From Pseudothermotoga sp. (GTDB taxonomy: Bacteria > Thermotogota > Thermotogae > Thermotogales > DSM-5069): 31,524 nt of DNA. Below are positions 1 through 8,996 of this stretch, one piece after another. Each line of letters begins with the position of its first letter. Within the stretch, counting starts at the first letter, position 1. A program made the translations under genes and the position numbers. The DNA lies in NCBI GenBank assembly GCA_031962025.1, contig JAVRKW010000014.1, one strand, 5' to 3'. Below the pieces are notes generated by a model. That model was not told the origin of the DNA and ran no database searches. It was given only the letters and a program-made list of their open reading frames with translations.

Positions 1-298
1 ACGCGCGAAATTCGATTGCAAATTTTGGTAGATCTGTGAAGTACTGCAGTCAGATACATTCTGTTAAACGATGAATGTGAACAATCTCACTGAAATTATA
101 TCTAATCTGTGGCAGAAAAGTAAAGTATTTTTCCTTGAATTTTTTAAAGTGTTTGAAAGTGAGTTTTCTCAAATTTTTTGCATTCAAAAACACAGATACA
201 CCGAAAAACTTTTTGTACTCACTGCCTAACTGAGAAAGGCTCTTTTAGCCAATCTGATAAGCCTTTAAGGTATAATTTTTTTTAAAGGAGGTGTTTTT

Positions 299-1060
299 GT
301 GATTCAAAACGCTTTGCTGTTTGACAATGGAACACACAAATACTATTTTCTTGGATGGGAAGAAAAACAGGAAGAGATAATCCAGACAAATCAGTACTTG
401 ATAGTCGACGGCAATGAAGCCGTACTGCTTGATCCGGGTGGAGCACATGTTTTTCCAAGGGTTCTGGCAAATGTGTCTGAGGTGATTGAACCTTCAAAAA
501 TAACCCATATTTTTTACACGCACCAGGATCCAGATGTAACAAGCGGCATCATTCTGTGGCTTTCGATAGCCGAAAACAGCAAGGTGTATATTTCAAATTT
601 GTGGACACGTTTTCTGCCGCATTTTGGTGTTTATGATCAAAAAAGAGTTTATGGTATACCAGATCACGGCGATACAATAAGGTTCAAAAGTGGAAATACG
701 CTCGAATTGATACCTGCACATTATCTTCACTCAACCGGGAATTTCACACTCTATGATCCTGTGGCAAAGATACTCTTTTCCGGTGATATAGGTGCCTGTG
801 TTTTTCCTGAAGGGAAAAAGTATCGAGATACTGATGATTTTGATTCACACGTGAAAAACATGGAGCTGTTTCACAAAAGGTATATGACTTCAAATACTGC
901 CTGTAGAAAATGGGTAGATATTGTCAGCAAAAAGCAAATTGAGATGATAACACCACAGCATGGGGCGGTTATGAAAAAAGAGTGTGCCAGAAGATTTCTT
1001 GAATGGTTAAGAGATTTGAAATGCGGAGTGGATTTGATAGATCAATTCTACGGGAAGTGA
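299..1060 (+). CDS. Oxygen-binding di-iron protein (ODP)-like / FprA-type metallo-beta-lactamase fold protein
   Basis: Motifs [40 protein letters not shown] and PQHG. It has no flavodoxin domain. SD AAGGAGG lies before the GTG start, and a chemoreceptor follows directly. Confidence 0.85.
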   Translation: MIQNALLFDNGTHKYYFLGWEEKQEEIIQTNQYLIVDGNEAVLLDPGGAHVFPRVLANVSEVIEPSKITHIFYTHQDPDVTSGIILWLSIAENSKVYISNLWTRFLPHFGVYDQKRVYGIPDHGDTIRFKSGNTLELIPAHYLHSTGNFTLYDPVAKILFSGDIGACVFPEGKKYRDTDDFDSHVKNMELFHKRYMTSNTACRKWVDIVSKKQIEMITPQHGAVMKKECARRFLEWLRDLKCGVDLIDQFYGK

Positions 1061-1064
1061 TACG

Positions 1065-1898
1065 ATGGACGAAAAGACCTTTGAAAAGATTTCATCTGCT
1101 TTTTTCGCTGAAAATCTGATGACCAGCTTTATGAATCAACTGGATGAAGCACTTGTATCACGCGTTCTGAGTCTTCAGGAGCAAATCAATTCGACTATTC
1201 AAAGATTTATGCAGATGGAAGAACAGCTCATAAGAATGCAACAGCAATTTTCACAGGACAGCAAAGAACTCAAAGAAGCCTTTTTTTCTGTAGATCAATT
1301 GAGCCAGAAGATGCATTCAGAGCTGTCCAGTTCCGGTTCGAGTTTGGATCAGGTGAGCGAAAGATTCAACAGTGCACTTGAGAGAACTTCACACACACTC
1401 GAGAGCTTTAGAGAAACAGAACTGATGGTTGAAAAAATAACCAGGATAGCAAAACAGACAAACTTGCTGGCTTTGAATGCTTCTATTGAAGCTGCCAGAG
1501 CAGGTGAACACGGCAGGGGGTTTGCAGTGGTTGCCTCCGAGGTGCAGAAGCTGGCCGGTGAATCAAACAAAGCTGCTGCAGAGATAACCGCGAAAGTACA
1601 GCAGTTAAGCGGTATGGTTCAGAGTGCGATAGAAGATCTCAGGGTTGTGACAAACCTTTTCACAGTTTTTCAAAAATCCACTCAGGAGATGCTCGATTTT
1701 CTCAAAAGAAATGCCGAGTTGATCAACAAAACCAGTAAAACTTTTGAACAAACCGAGACGAACATTTCTCAGCAAAGAGAGTATATAGTTCAAACACACG
1801 AAGTTTTAAAGCAGGCAGAGGAAAAATTCAATTCAATGCTCAGGGTGATCAAATCCATTGTGAAGGCTCAGCAAAAACTAAAGGATATAAATATTTAA
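1065..1898 (+). CDS. Soluble methyl-accepting chemotaxis protein (signalling domain only)
   Basis: Canonical MCP hairpin tip [37 protein letters not shown]. There is no TM segment or sensor domain. It starts 4 nt after the ODP stop. Confidence 0.9.
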   Translation: MDEKTFEKISSAFFAENLMTSFMNQLDEALVSRVLSLQEQINSTIQRFMQMEEQLIRMQQQFSQDSKELKEAFFSVDQLSQKMHSELSSSGSSLDQVSERFNSALERTSHTLESFRETELMVEKITRIAKQTNLLALNASIEAARAGEHGRGFAVVASEVQKLAGESNKAAAEITAKVQQLSGMVQSAIEDLRVVTNLFTVFQKSTQEMLDFLKRNAELINKTSKTFEQTETNISQQREYIVQTHEVLKQAEEKFNSMLRVIKSIVKAQQKLKDINI

Positions 1899-2009
1899 AA
1901 GTGCTGAACATGAGCGCAAGAAAAATTTCAGGTAAGTCAACTACCTGTACAGATCTTTCTGCTTTATCGAGCAAGCTTGCCGCCATACAGGTTTGCCGTG
2001 AAATGTATG

Positions 2010-2936
2010 TTAAACGTATTTGTACGCGTTGATTGAATGATGCTGCAGTAAAAGATGCTTTCTGATGTACTGACCGCAATTACTGCCGATATTGTTTTCT
2101 TCAAGTTCTCCAACGCTCAGAATGACTTCAAAGCCGTGGCTTCTCAACTGGTAGACAAAGTGTGCGTGGTTTATCGGCATACCGGTTGAAGGATCTATGT
2201 CTGATTCGATTGAGTTCATAATGGCGCTGTGAGTTGGATTAACAGGTGTTATCTTTATGAGAAATTTCTCAGTTGAGAAGTAATCTATGATCTTTTTTGC
2301 ATCAACATTTGACTGTTTTGAAAGCGCAAAATTCAATGTTATTTTCCTGTCGTTCTTGCCCACAAAGTTCTCACCGTATTCTGCTATCTTTGCAAAATCC
2401 CACTTTCTAACAGGTATCAACTCATCGCGCTGATGTTCATCTGTCGAGTGAATTGAAAACTGTAACTGGAATCTTCCAATGTAATAGCGATTTTTCAAGG
2501 AGAGCAATTTCTCAAAGAAAGTATCACAGCCATCAGGAGCAACTGTTGAGATAGAAGGTATGAGATTTTCGTATTTTGAGAGTTTTTGCAGAGCAACCAG
2601 AACTTCTTCATTCAAAGATGGTTCACCTACTCTTGCAAACTGTATCTTGAATTTCTTGGTTCTAACGACCATATCCGGGAAGAATCTTTTGATTAGAAAA
2701 TCAATCTGTTCCATGATTTCATCTGAATCGAGCTTGCCTTTGTAGAAACCACCGGCGTCACACATCATACAGCCCACAGGACAGCCATTCATTGTCGAGA
2801 CGATGAGAACCCACTTTTCGCTTCGTGAAAATGGTGGTTGAAGAGATTGAACGAACTCTACAAGATTACCTCTGTGAGTTTCTGCAATATAGACTGTTGC
2901 TAATTCTTCTTTACCATATTCAGCGATCAATTTCAT
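2010..2936 (-). CDS. Radical SAM protein, divergent RlmN/Cfr-like
   Basis: CxxxCxxC (CPVGCMMC), G.GEP-like ARVGEP, SIHS...RDELIPV and C-terminal NCGQ. ATGA overlap with the upstream gene. Confidence 0.85.
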   Translation of the reverse strand: MKLIAEYGKEELATVYIAETHRGNLVEFVQSLQPPFSRSEKWVLIVSTMNGCPVGCMMCDAGGFYKGKLDSDEIMEQIDFLIKRFFPDMVVRTKKFKIQFARVGEPSLNEEVLVALQKLSKYENLIPSISTVAPDGCDTFFEKLLSLKNRYYIGRFQLQFSIHSTDEHQRDELIPVRKWDFAKIAEYGENFVGKNDRKITLNFALSKQSNVDAKKIIDYFSTEKFLIKITPVNPTHSAIMNSIESDIDPSTGMPINHAHFVYQLRSHGFEVILSVGELEENNIGSNCGQYIRKHLLLQHHSINAYKYV

Positions 2937-3724
2937 TTTATCTCCTCCGCTATTTTCATTGCTGTCTCTATCGCATTACCCACTGCGATACTCATCTGTC
3001 TGTAACCACCTTTTGCATCACCTATGATGTGGATGTCCTCTGTTATGTCTTTCACCAGAGCCGTGTTCGGTGTTCTTCCGGCGCAGATGAGTAAGGCATC
3101 GAATCTGTAGAAATCTTTAACTGTTTTAATGGTCAATTTATCTTGAGACTTCACTTGGACTATGGCTTCGTTGCCGTGATAAACGATGCTTGACTCAAAC
3201 ACAAGTTTCTGCAATCTTGCTATGGCTTTTATCTTATCGGTCCTGTTGAATATGTGAATCCGTGGTATCCCATTTTCCAGAGCTTTGAGAGCACCATCAA
3301 AAGCTGCATCACCAGCACCATATATGGCAAGATCGGTGATAGCCTTGGGTAAATCTTTAAACTGGTAAACGACCCTTTGATCGACTTCAAAATCTTTTAT
3401 TCTCTTTGGTACAGTTCCGGTTGCCACAAGAATTTTATCAAATCTTTCAGATCCACTTCTGGTTGTGATGATATTTCCACTGACTTGCATAACCTCTTTG
3501 AAGATAACTGGAATTGAAAAGTCTTTCAGCGATTTTTCAAGAATTTCTGCTATTTTTTCTCCACTGCAGGCTGGTAAAAAAGGTATATTCTCAACTCTCC
3601 ACGCGTTTTTGATCAACCCACCTATCTGGTCTTTCTCGAATACCACGGTATCTATATTGCATCTTTTCAAAAAAACTGCCGCAGCAACACCAGCAGGACC
3701 TGCACCAATTACTGCAATGCGCAT
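2933..3724 (-). CDS. NAD(P)/FAD-dependent oxidoreductase, thioredoxin-reductase fold without CxxC
   Basis: IAVIGAGPAG FAD motif, LVATG, YGAGDAAFD second dinucleotide motif, GRTPN and IIGD. Start moved to ATG 3724 (SD AGAGGA) from the ORF-track position 3814. Confidence 0.85.
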   Translation of the reverse strand: MRIAVIGAGPAGVAAAVFLKRCNIDTVVFEKDQIGGLIKNAWRVENIPFLPACSGEKIAEILEKSLKDFSIPVIFKEVMQVSGNIITTRSGSERFDKILVATGTVPKRIKDFEVDQRVVYQFKDLPKAITDLAIYGAGDAAFDGALKALENGIPRIHIFNRTDKIKAIARLQKLVFESSIVYHGNEAIVQVKSQDKLTIKTVKDFYRFDALLICAGRTPNTALVKDITEDIHIIGDAKGGYRQMSIAVGNAIETAMKIAEEIK

Positions 3725-4305
3725 ATTAATTCCTCTGTACTCACGATTGTCGCAAAACCATGTGCCATATTCTTTAAGGATGAAAAGTGATACCAGTCGT
3801 CTTTGTCCCAACACGCATCAAAGACAACTGAAACATCAAATCCTCTGACAAAAGCACTTCTAACTGTCGTTTCAACACAAAGATGAGTCATAACGCCTGT
3901 TACGAAAAGTTGATCAATTTTCTTTTCTTTGAGAAACTCCTCCAGTTTTGTGTTATAAAAAGCATCATAGGTGTTCTTTTTTAGAACAAAGGCGTTTTTG
4001 CCATTCACGCAAAGCTCTGTCTGATCATCCTGTATGGTATTTTTCCACCATCTTTGCATGTTATCGCTGTTCTGTTCATGAACAGTACAGATCACAGGCA
4101 AAGATCTTTTTTCAAAAACTGATATCAGAAGATCGATTTTTGGGATGATCTGTTCAACCCCGAAAAGATAAGCTTTTCCACTGTCCTTGCAGAAATAACT
4201 TTGAAGATCAATGCACAACAAAGCGGGTGACGATATCACCAAAGAATGCCTTTCGCGCTCTTTATGAAAAAACACCGAATCATAACTCCCTTCCAATCCC
4301 AACAT
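3709..4305 (-). CDS. Isochorismatase/nicotinamidase-family cysteine hydrolase
   Basis: Catalytic triad motifs IDLQ (Asp), KNTYDAF (Lys) and THLCVETT (Cys). The true start may be the GTG about 10 codons downstream. Confidence 0.88.
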   Translation of the reverse strand: MLGLEGSYDSVFFHKERERHSLVISSPALLCIDLQSYFCKDSGKAYLFGVEQIIPKIDLLISVFEKRSLPVICTVHEQNSDNMQRWWKNTIQDDQTELCVNGKNAFVLKKNTYDAFYNTKLEEFLKEKKIDQLFVTGVMTHLCVETTVRSAFVRGFDVSVVFDACWDKDDWYHFSSLKNMAHGFATIVSTEELICALQ

Positions 4306-4314
4306 TATGATAAT

Positions 4315-5184
4315 TCAAAAATCGGTCAGACTCAAATATTTTTCAAACCCATCAGGAGCAATTGTGACCACACGCTCGTTTTCTGCGGCTATTTTCATGG
4401 CAACGGCTATGTTTGCTGCGCTTGATATACCCACAGCTAATGACTCTTTTTTCAGTAAAAAATTCATCATTTCAAAAGCTTCATTATCTTCAATTGTTTC
4501 TATTTTGTCTATCACGGAAAGGTCAAGTACTTTTGGCACAAAACCTGCTCCAATGCCCTGAATTCTGTGTTTTCCCGCTGTTCCTTTTGACAGGACCGCA
4601 GAAGAAGCTGGTTCTACAGCAATTATTTTCACCTTATCTGCGTAGAGTCTTTTCAGTACCCTTCCAACTCCCGTTATAGTTCCTCCTGTGCCAACGCCGG
4701 CAACGAATGCGTCGATTTGATAATTCATCTGCGAAAGTATCTCGTGCGCTGTTGTCAGCTCATGTGAAAGCGGATTGTATGGATTCTCAAACTGATTTGG
4801 CATGTATGCACCAAGTTCCTCGACTATCTGCAGAGCTCTTTTAATCGCTCCACTCATACCTTCTTCTGTAGGTGTCAGTATGACCTCTGCTCCATAGCTT
4901 TTGAGAAGTTTTATTCTTTCAATACTCGCACTTTCCGGCATTGTGAGTATCACCCTGTAACCTTTGAATGCCCCAATTGCTGCCAGAGCGATACCTGTAT
5001 TTCCGCTGGTTGGTTCGACTAAAACACCGTTTTTGATAAGTCCTCTGCTTTCGGCGGCTTGTATCATGAACAGAGCCGGTCTGTCCTTCACACTGCCATA
5101 GGGATTGTTTTTTTCAAGTTTCACAAACACTCTCGGCTCTGTTTTCAGTCTCAGTATCGGTGTATTCCCTATCAGATTGAGCAT
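4315..5184 (-). CDS. cysK: Cysteine synthase A (O-acetylserine sulfhydrylase)
   Basis: PLP lysine motif NPYGSVKDR, EPTSGNTG, GVGTGGT and HRIQGIGAGF. Confidence 0.95.
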   Translation of the reverse strand: MLNLIGNTPILRLKTEPRVFVKLEKNNPYGSVKDRPALFMIQAAESRGLIKNGVLVEPTSGNTGIALAAIGAFKGYRVILTMPESASIERIKLLKSYGAEVILTPTEEGMSGAIKRALQIVEELGAYMPNQFENPYNPLSHELTTAHEILSQMNYQIDAFVAGVGTGGTITGVGRVLKRLYADKVKIIAVEPASSAVLSKGTAGKHRIQGIGAGFVPKVLDLSVIDKIETIEDNEAFEMMNFLLKKESLAVGISSAANIAVAMKIAAENERVVTIAPDGFEKYLSLTDF

Positions 5185-5710
5185 CTTTTTGCCTCCTTAT
5201 TATTTTTGCCGGAACGCCGGCAACAAGGTTATTCGGTGCCACATCTTTTAAAACAACTGCGTTTGCACCGATTATTGAGTTGTCACCGATTTTTATCGGT
5301 CCGAGTATTTTGGCACCAGCCCCAATGAGAACATTTTTCCCGATATCTGGATGTCTTTTTCCCGAACAGATCTTTTTTGCTCCAAGTGTCACACCGTGAT
5401 AAATGACTGTGCCGCTGCCAACGGTCGCGGTGGAGCCGATGACCACACCTATTCCATGGTCTATAACCACACCGGGTTCAATTTCACAGGCGGGGTGGAT
5501 ATCCATGGAAAACAGAACACGAGATAGATAATATAGAAGATAGGCAAGAGGATAGAGTTTGTACCTGTACAGAAAATGAGAGAGTCTGTAGAAAAAAAGT
5601 CCGTGAAAAGCCGCGTTGAAAAAGATGAGTTGAAACACATTTGATGTGGCAGGATCAGACCTAAGATAGGCTTTTACATCTTCTTTCACTGATTCTAAGA
5701 GCTCACGCAC
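5114..5710 (-). CDS. cysE: Serine O-acetyltransferase
   Basis: DPA motif, DIHPA, IDHGIGVVIG, GVTLG, KRHP and GVPA hexapeptide repeats. It overlaps cysK by 71 nt. The start is uncertain (see findings). Confidence 0.93.
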   Translation of the reverse strand: MRELLESVKEDVKAYLRSDPATSNVFQLIFFNAAFHGLFFYRLSHFLYRYKLYPLAYLLYYLSRVLFSMDIHPACEIEPGVVIDHGIGVVIGSTATVGSGTVIYHGVTLGAKKICSGKRHPDIGKNVLIGAGAKILGPIKIGDNSIIGANAVVLKDVAPNNLVAGVPAKIIRRQKDAQSDREYTDTETENRAESVCET

Positions 5711-5931
5711 CCCACAAACATAAAAACACCTCCTGTTTTGATCTGCTTTTATTTTATCACCATTCTGTAGTGATTGTTATCTGTTCACGAAAATAGAATA
5801 TTTCGTATTCACAATGTTCAGATCTCTGTTGGATGTCTGTTAACTGTAAAAACTGCATGGTTGAATGCACTTTTTTCTAAAATTTTCTTGCTTTTTTGTT
5901 TGTCAGAGCGCTTATCGCAAAATGTCCATTT

Positions 5932-6924
5932 TTATAAGTGTAGTTGGCTTTCGATTTTCAGTGGTCTTTTCATCAGCTCATAAACGGCATCAAGGGGATT
6001 TTTACCCAAAAACAGCACTTCATATACCTTCTGCGATATGGGCATATCGACTTTCAGCTTTTGTGCAAGTTCTAACAGCGGCTTGACTGTGTAGACACCC
6101 TCTGCAACCATTTTCATGTTTGAGAGTATGTTTTGTATATTCATTCCTTTGCCGACCATCTCACCGACATATCTATTTCTACTGTAGCTGCTTGTGCAGG
6201 TGACTATCAGATCTCCCATACCCGCAAGCCCCATGAAAGTCAGCGGGCTTTTACAGCCCATAGCCAGTCCAAATCGTGTTACCTCGTGTAAACCGCGGGT
6301 TATCAGCGAAGCCTTCGCGTTGTGCCAGTGCCCGAGTCCATCCAGAACCCCTGCGGCTATGGCTATCACGTTTTTCACAGCTCCACAGATTTCAACACCC
6401 AGGACATCTTCGCTGCTGTAGACTCTGAAATATTCGTTGCTCAGAGCGTGCTGAAACAGATTCAGTGAATATTTATCCTCGGATGCGATGACAACGCTTG
6501 TTGGAAGCCTTTTTGCTACCTCTATTGCGTGGCATGGACCTGAAAGTACCAGATAATTCACACCTTTCCACAAAGAATTGACTATGGAGCTCACATTTTT
6601 CAAATCACTGTCGATGCCTTTTGAAAGATTTATAACAACCTGTGGCGCTCTGGTGAGCTTTTGCAAGGTCTCTTTCAGGTATTTCACAGGGACGGCTATC
6701 ACCAGAATATCAGAAAATTGTTCTATTTCAGTTATTTTTGATGTTGCAATCAAAGCCGAAGGAAGATTTATCGAAGGTAAATACTCTGGATTCACATGGT
6801 TTTCGTTTATCTGCCGGGCTAATTCTTCTCTTCTTGCCCACAGTAGAACTTCATGTCCATTCTCGGTGAGCAATTTTGCAAAGCTGGTTCCCCAGCTTCC
6901 TGCACCAAGGATTGAAAATCTCAA
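5932..6924 (-). CDS. gpsA: NAD(P)H-dependent glycerol-3-phosphate dehydrogenase
   Basis: GAGSWGT, SKGI, LSGP, GAVKNVIAIAAG, GDLIVTCTS..SRN and VAEG. Confidence 0.96.
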   Translation of the reverse strand: MRFSILGAGSWGTSFAKLLTENGHEVLLWARREELARQINENHVNPEYLPSINLPSALIATSKITEIEQFSDILVIAVPVKYLKETLQKLTRAPQVVINLSKGIDSDLKNVSSIVNSLWKGVNYLVLSGPCHAIEVAKRLPTSVVIASEDKYSLNLFQHALSNEYFRVYSSEDVLGVEICGAVKNVIAIAAGVLDGLGHWHNAKASLITRGLHEVTRFGLAMGCKSPLTFMGLAGMGDLIVTCTSSYSRNRYVGEMVGKGMNIQNILSNMKMVAEGVYTVKPLLELAQKLKVDMPISQKVYEVLFLGKNPLDAVYELMKRPLKIESQLHL

Positions 6925-7850
6925 GAACTGATCACCTCGGCTATCTTTCTCACTGAAAATCTCACCACTGGTGTTCTGTAAGCTGAAGCATCCGGATCGA
7001 GTTTTACAAGCCAGCCGTCTTTCTCTTTTTCTATGCTTATGAAATATCTTTGCTGGAACCCTTCTTCGTTTGAAACTATTCTCAGAAGATATTCATTTTC
7101 CCGGCTGTAGACGTTTTTCACCACAAAAACACCATTTTGATGTCTGAAAACTACCCCGGATAGCTGTGGAATTTTCTGCTCATCTACACCGCTTAAGTGA
7201 ACGTGGGGCATGGTTTCTTCCTCCCAGGTCCATCTTTGAACACTGATATGATCTTTCTTTTTCACAACCAGAGTATATGTCTTTCTACCTTCTGACAACC
7301 ATTTTTTCTCGTACCTTGTTCCGACGACAGATCTGTCATTTTCGCTGAACTGGACAAGATCGAAACAACCAGTTTGTAAAAAGATCTCTTTCATCTGCTC
7401 CGCATACCAGTCGACGTCTGTAACAAGTTGAAAAGTACCTCCCATACACATAACGGCCCCAAGTGTTTCAGCAAAACCCTGGCTTGTGAATCTTTTGTCC
7501 TGATGAGATTTTTTGGGCCAGGGGCATGGAAAGTTCATGTAGATTTCTTCGATGCTGTTGTCTTTGAAAAACTCTCTAAGGGCAAATCTGGCATCTACAA
7601 GAGCCACTCTGATATTTTTCAGCGATTCAGCGTGTATCTTTTTTTGTATTTTAACAAGCGATGTTATCGATGTTTCAAATCCCACGAAATCGTACTCTGG
7701 TTTTTGCTTTGCCAGAGAAACAAGAAACTCGCCGTTGCCAAATCCCACTTCAACGGCGAGTTTTGCCTGCCTGTGGAAGATCTGATAAAAGTCCAAGGGC
7801 ATTGTGTACTGCTGGGCTTTTATGAAATATGAAAGAAAATCAACTGCCAT
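6921..7850 (-). CDS. trmB: tRNA (guanine-N7)-methyltransferase with C-terminal extension
   Basis: VEVGFGNGEF, NFPCPWPKKSH, TD, TRYEKK. Confidence 0.92.
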   Translation of the reverse strand: MAVDFLSYFIKAQQYTMPLDFYQIFHRQAKLAVEVGFGNGEFLVSLAKQKPEYDFVGFETSITSLVKIQKKIHAESLKNIRVALVDARFALREFFKDNSIEEIYMNFPCPWPKKSHQDKRFTSQGFAETLGAVMCMGGTFQLVTDVDWYAEQMKEIFLQTGCFDLVQFSENDRSVVGTRYEKKWLSEGRKTYTLVVKKKDHISVQRWTWEEETMPHVHLSGVDEQKIPQLSGVVFRHQNGVFVVKNVYSRENEYLLRIVSNEEGFQQRYFISIEKEKDGWLVKLDPDASAYRTPVVRFSVRKIAEVISS

Positions 7851-7853
7851 CTT

Positions 7854-8996
7854 TCATCTCCCGTTTAGTTTTGCAAGAAAATATCGCGCATGCGGTGTAT
7901 ATTCGCTGTCAGGGTAACTTCTCACGAATTCTTCGAACAACTTTTTACCCGTGGCAAGATCGCCAGATTCATATGCGCTGAGTGCCATGTAATAGAACGC
8001 ATCGTCTTTGAAATAAGAGTCTGTGTCTTTCAGGATTTCTGTAACATTGTTCAGCACTTTGTATGCATCCTGATAATACCCTGCTCTGTACAGTCGATAG
8101 CCAAACAACCACAGAGATTTCGTGAGTTCCATATTCAAATTTCTCGATAAAGTCAATGTCGATCTGGTATTCATGCTGGACAAAAGACCGGTAATTGTGT
8201 CTTTTAGTGCCTTCAATTCCTGAGAATCACTTATCTTAATTGAATCGACCATCTGCAGTAGCTTTTCAAAAGAAGAAGAAAATTCCTGGTTGGTCTGGTC
8301 GATCTTTTGTTCTAAAATGGAAAGTTTTTCAAGGTTTGATAAAGCCTTTTTCACTTCCAAAACAGAGCTATCCAGATTTTCAATGCGGTTTCTCAATTCA
8401 CCAATATCGGTCTTCATGCCAGTTATTCTGCTGTTCTGTGATAGATTGAGAAAAACATCCGTCAGTGCCACGCAGAGTGTCGCGATTATTGCAATAAGCA
8501 GAACGATGTCCCAGCCATAAGACTTTGAAACTTTCTCTGGTTTTGAGATCAACAAGGGATGAGAAGCGTCGATTTTTTTCAGTGCTTCTTCATAGACTTT
8601 TGCCCTTGCTTTGTCTTTTTTGCGTCTTGCAAGTTCGAGTTTCAAAGCTATAGCCTCGGCAAGTTCCGGATAGGCTTTCGAAACACCTTCGAGGATTGCC
8701 ATGCCACCCTCAAAATTGTTTTTTGAGATCTCTTCGAGGGCTTCTTTCACATCTTCGGTGTAGTCTGCTTTGACTCTTTCAACGGCAGTTTTATACATGG
8801 TTTTGTACTCTTCCTTGCGCTGGTCGGACAGTCTCTCGTAGAGTTTGGAGACCATTTTCCAGTTGCCACAGGCTGCCTCTAACTCGAGTAAGAGATGCGG
8901 ATATTCATCCTGAAAAAGACTCAAGACAGCCCTTGCTCTTGAAAGCTGGTTGTTTCTGATTAAATCCCTAACCACCCTCTCGACTATGTCGCTCAA
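7854..8996 (-). CDS. Single-pass membrane protein with TPR-like helices, coiled coil and C-terminal CpoB/YbgF-like TPR
   Basis: Central hydrophobic segment DIVLLIAIIATLCVAL, a heptad-rich region, and C-terminal DDAFYYMALSAY...YPDSEYTPHA. Confidence 0.65.
   Translation of the reverse strand: MSDIVERVVRDLIRNNQLSRARAVLSLFQDEYPHLLLELEAACGNWKMVSKLYERLSDQRKEEYKTMYKTAVERVKADYTEDVKEALEEISKNNFEGGMAILEGVSKAYPELAEAIALKLELARRKKDKARAKVYEEALKKIDASHPLLISKPEKVSKSYGWDIVLLIAIIATLCVALTDVFLNLSQNSRITGMKTDIGELRNRIENLDSSVLEVKKALSNLEKLSILEQKIDQTNQEFSSSFEKLLQMVDSIKISDSQELKALKDTITGLLSSMNTRSTLTLSRNLNMELTKSLWLFGYRLYRAGYYQDAYKVLNNVTEILKDTDSYFKDDAFYYMALSAYESGDLATGKKLFEEFVRSYPDSEYTPHARYFLAKLNGR

Noticed and set aside
1..298. 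AT-rich leader with short ORFs and a weak hairpin (GCCT...AGGC near 224-241)
   Set aside because: No supportable gene or RNA. Only a likely -10 (TATAAT 271-276) for the ODP gene is visible.
5114..5184. 71-nt cysE/cysK overlap suggesting a frameshift
   Set aside because: Both proteins look complete and cysK has its own SD (AAGGAGG). It is most simply a C-terminal run-on of CysE.
5735..5931. Possible T-box or S-box riboswitch upstream of cysE
   Set aside because: No T-box motif, SAM-riboswitch core or terminator/antiterminator could be recognised.
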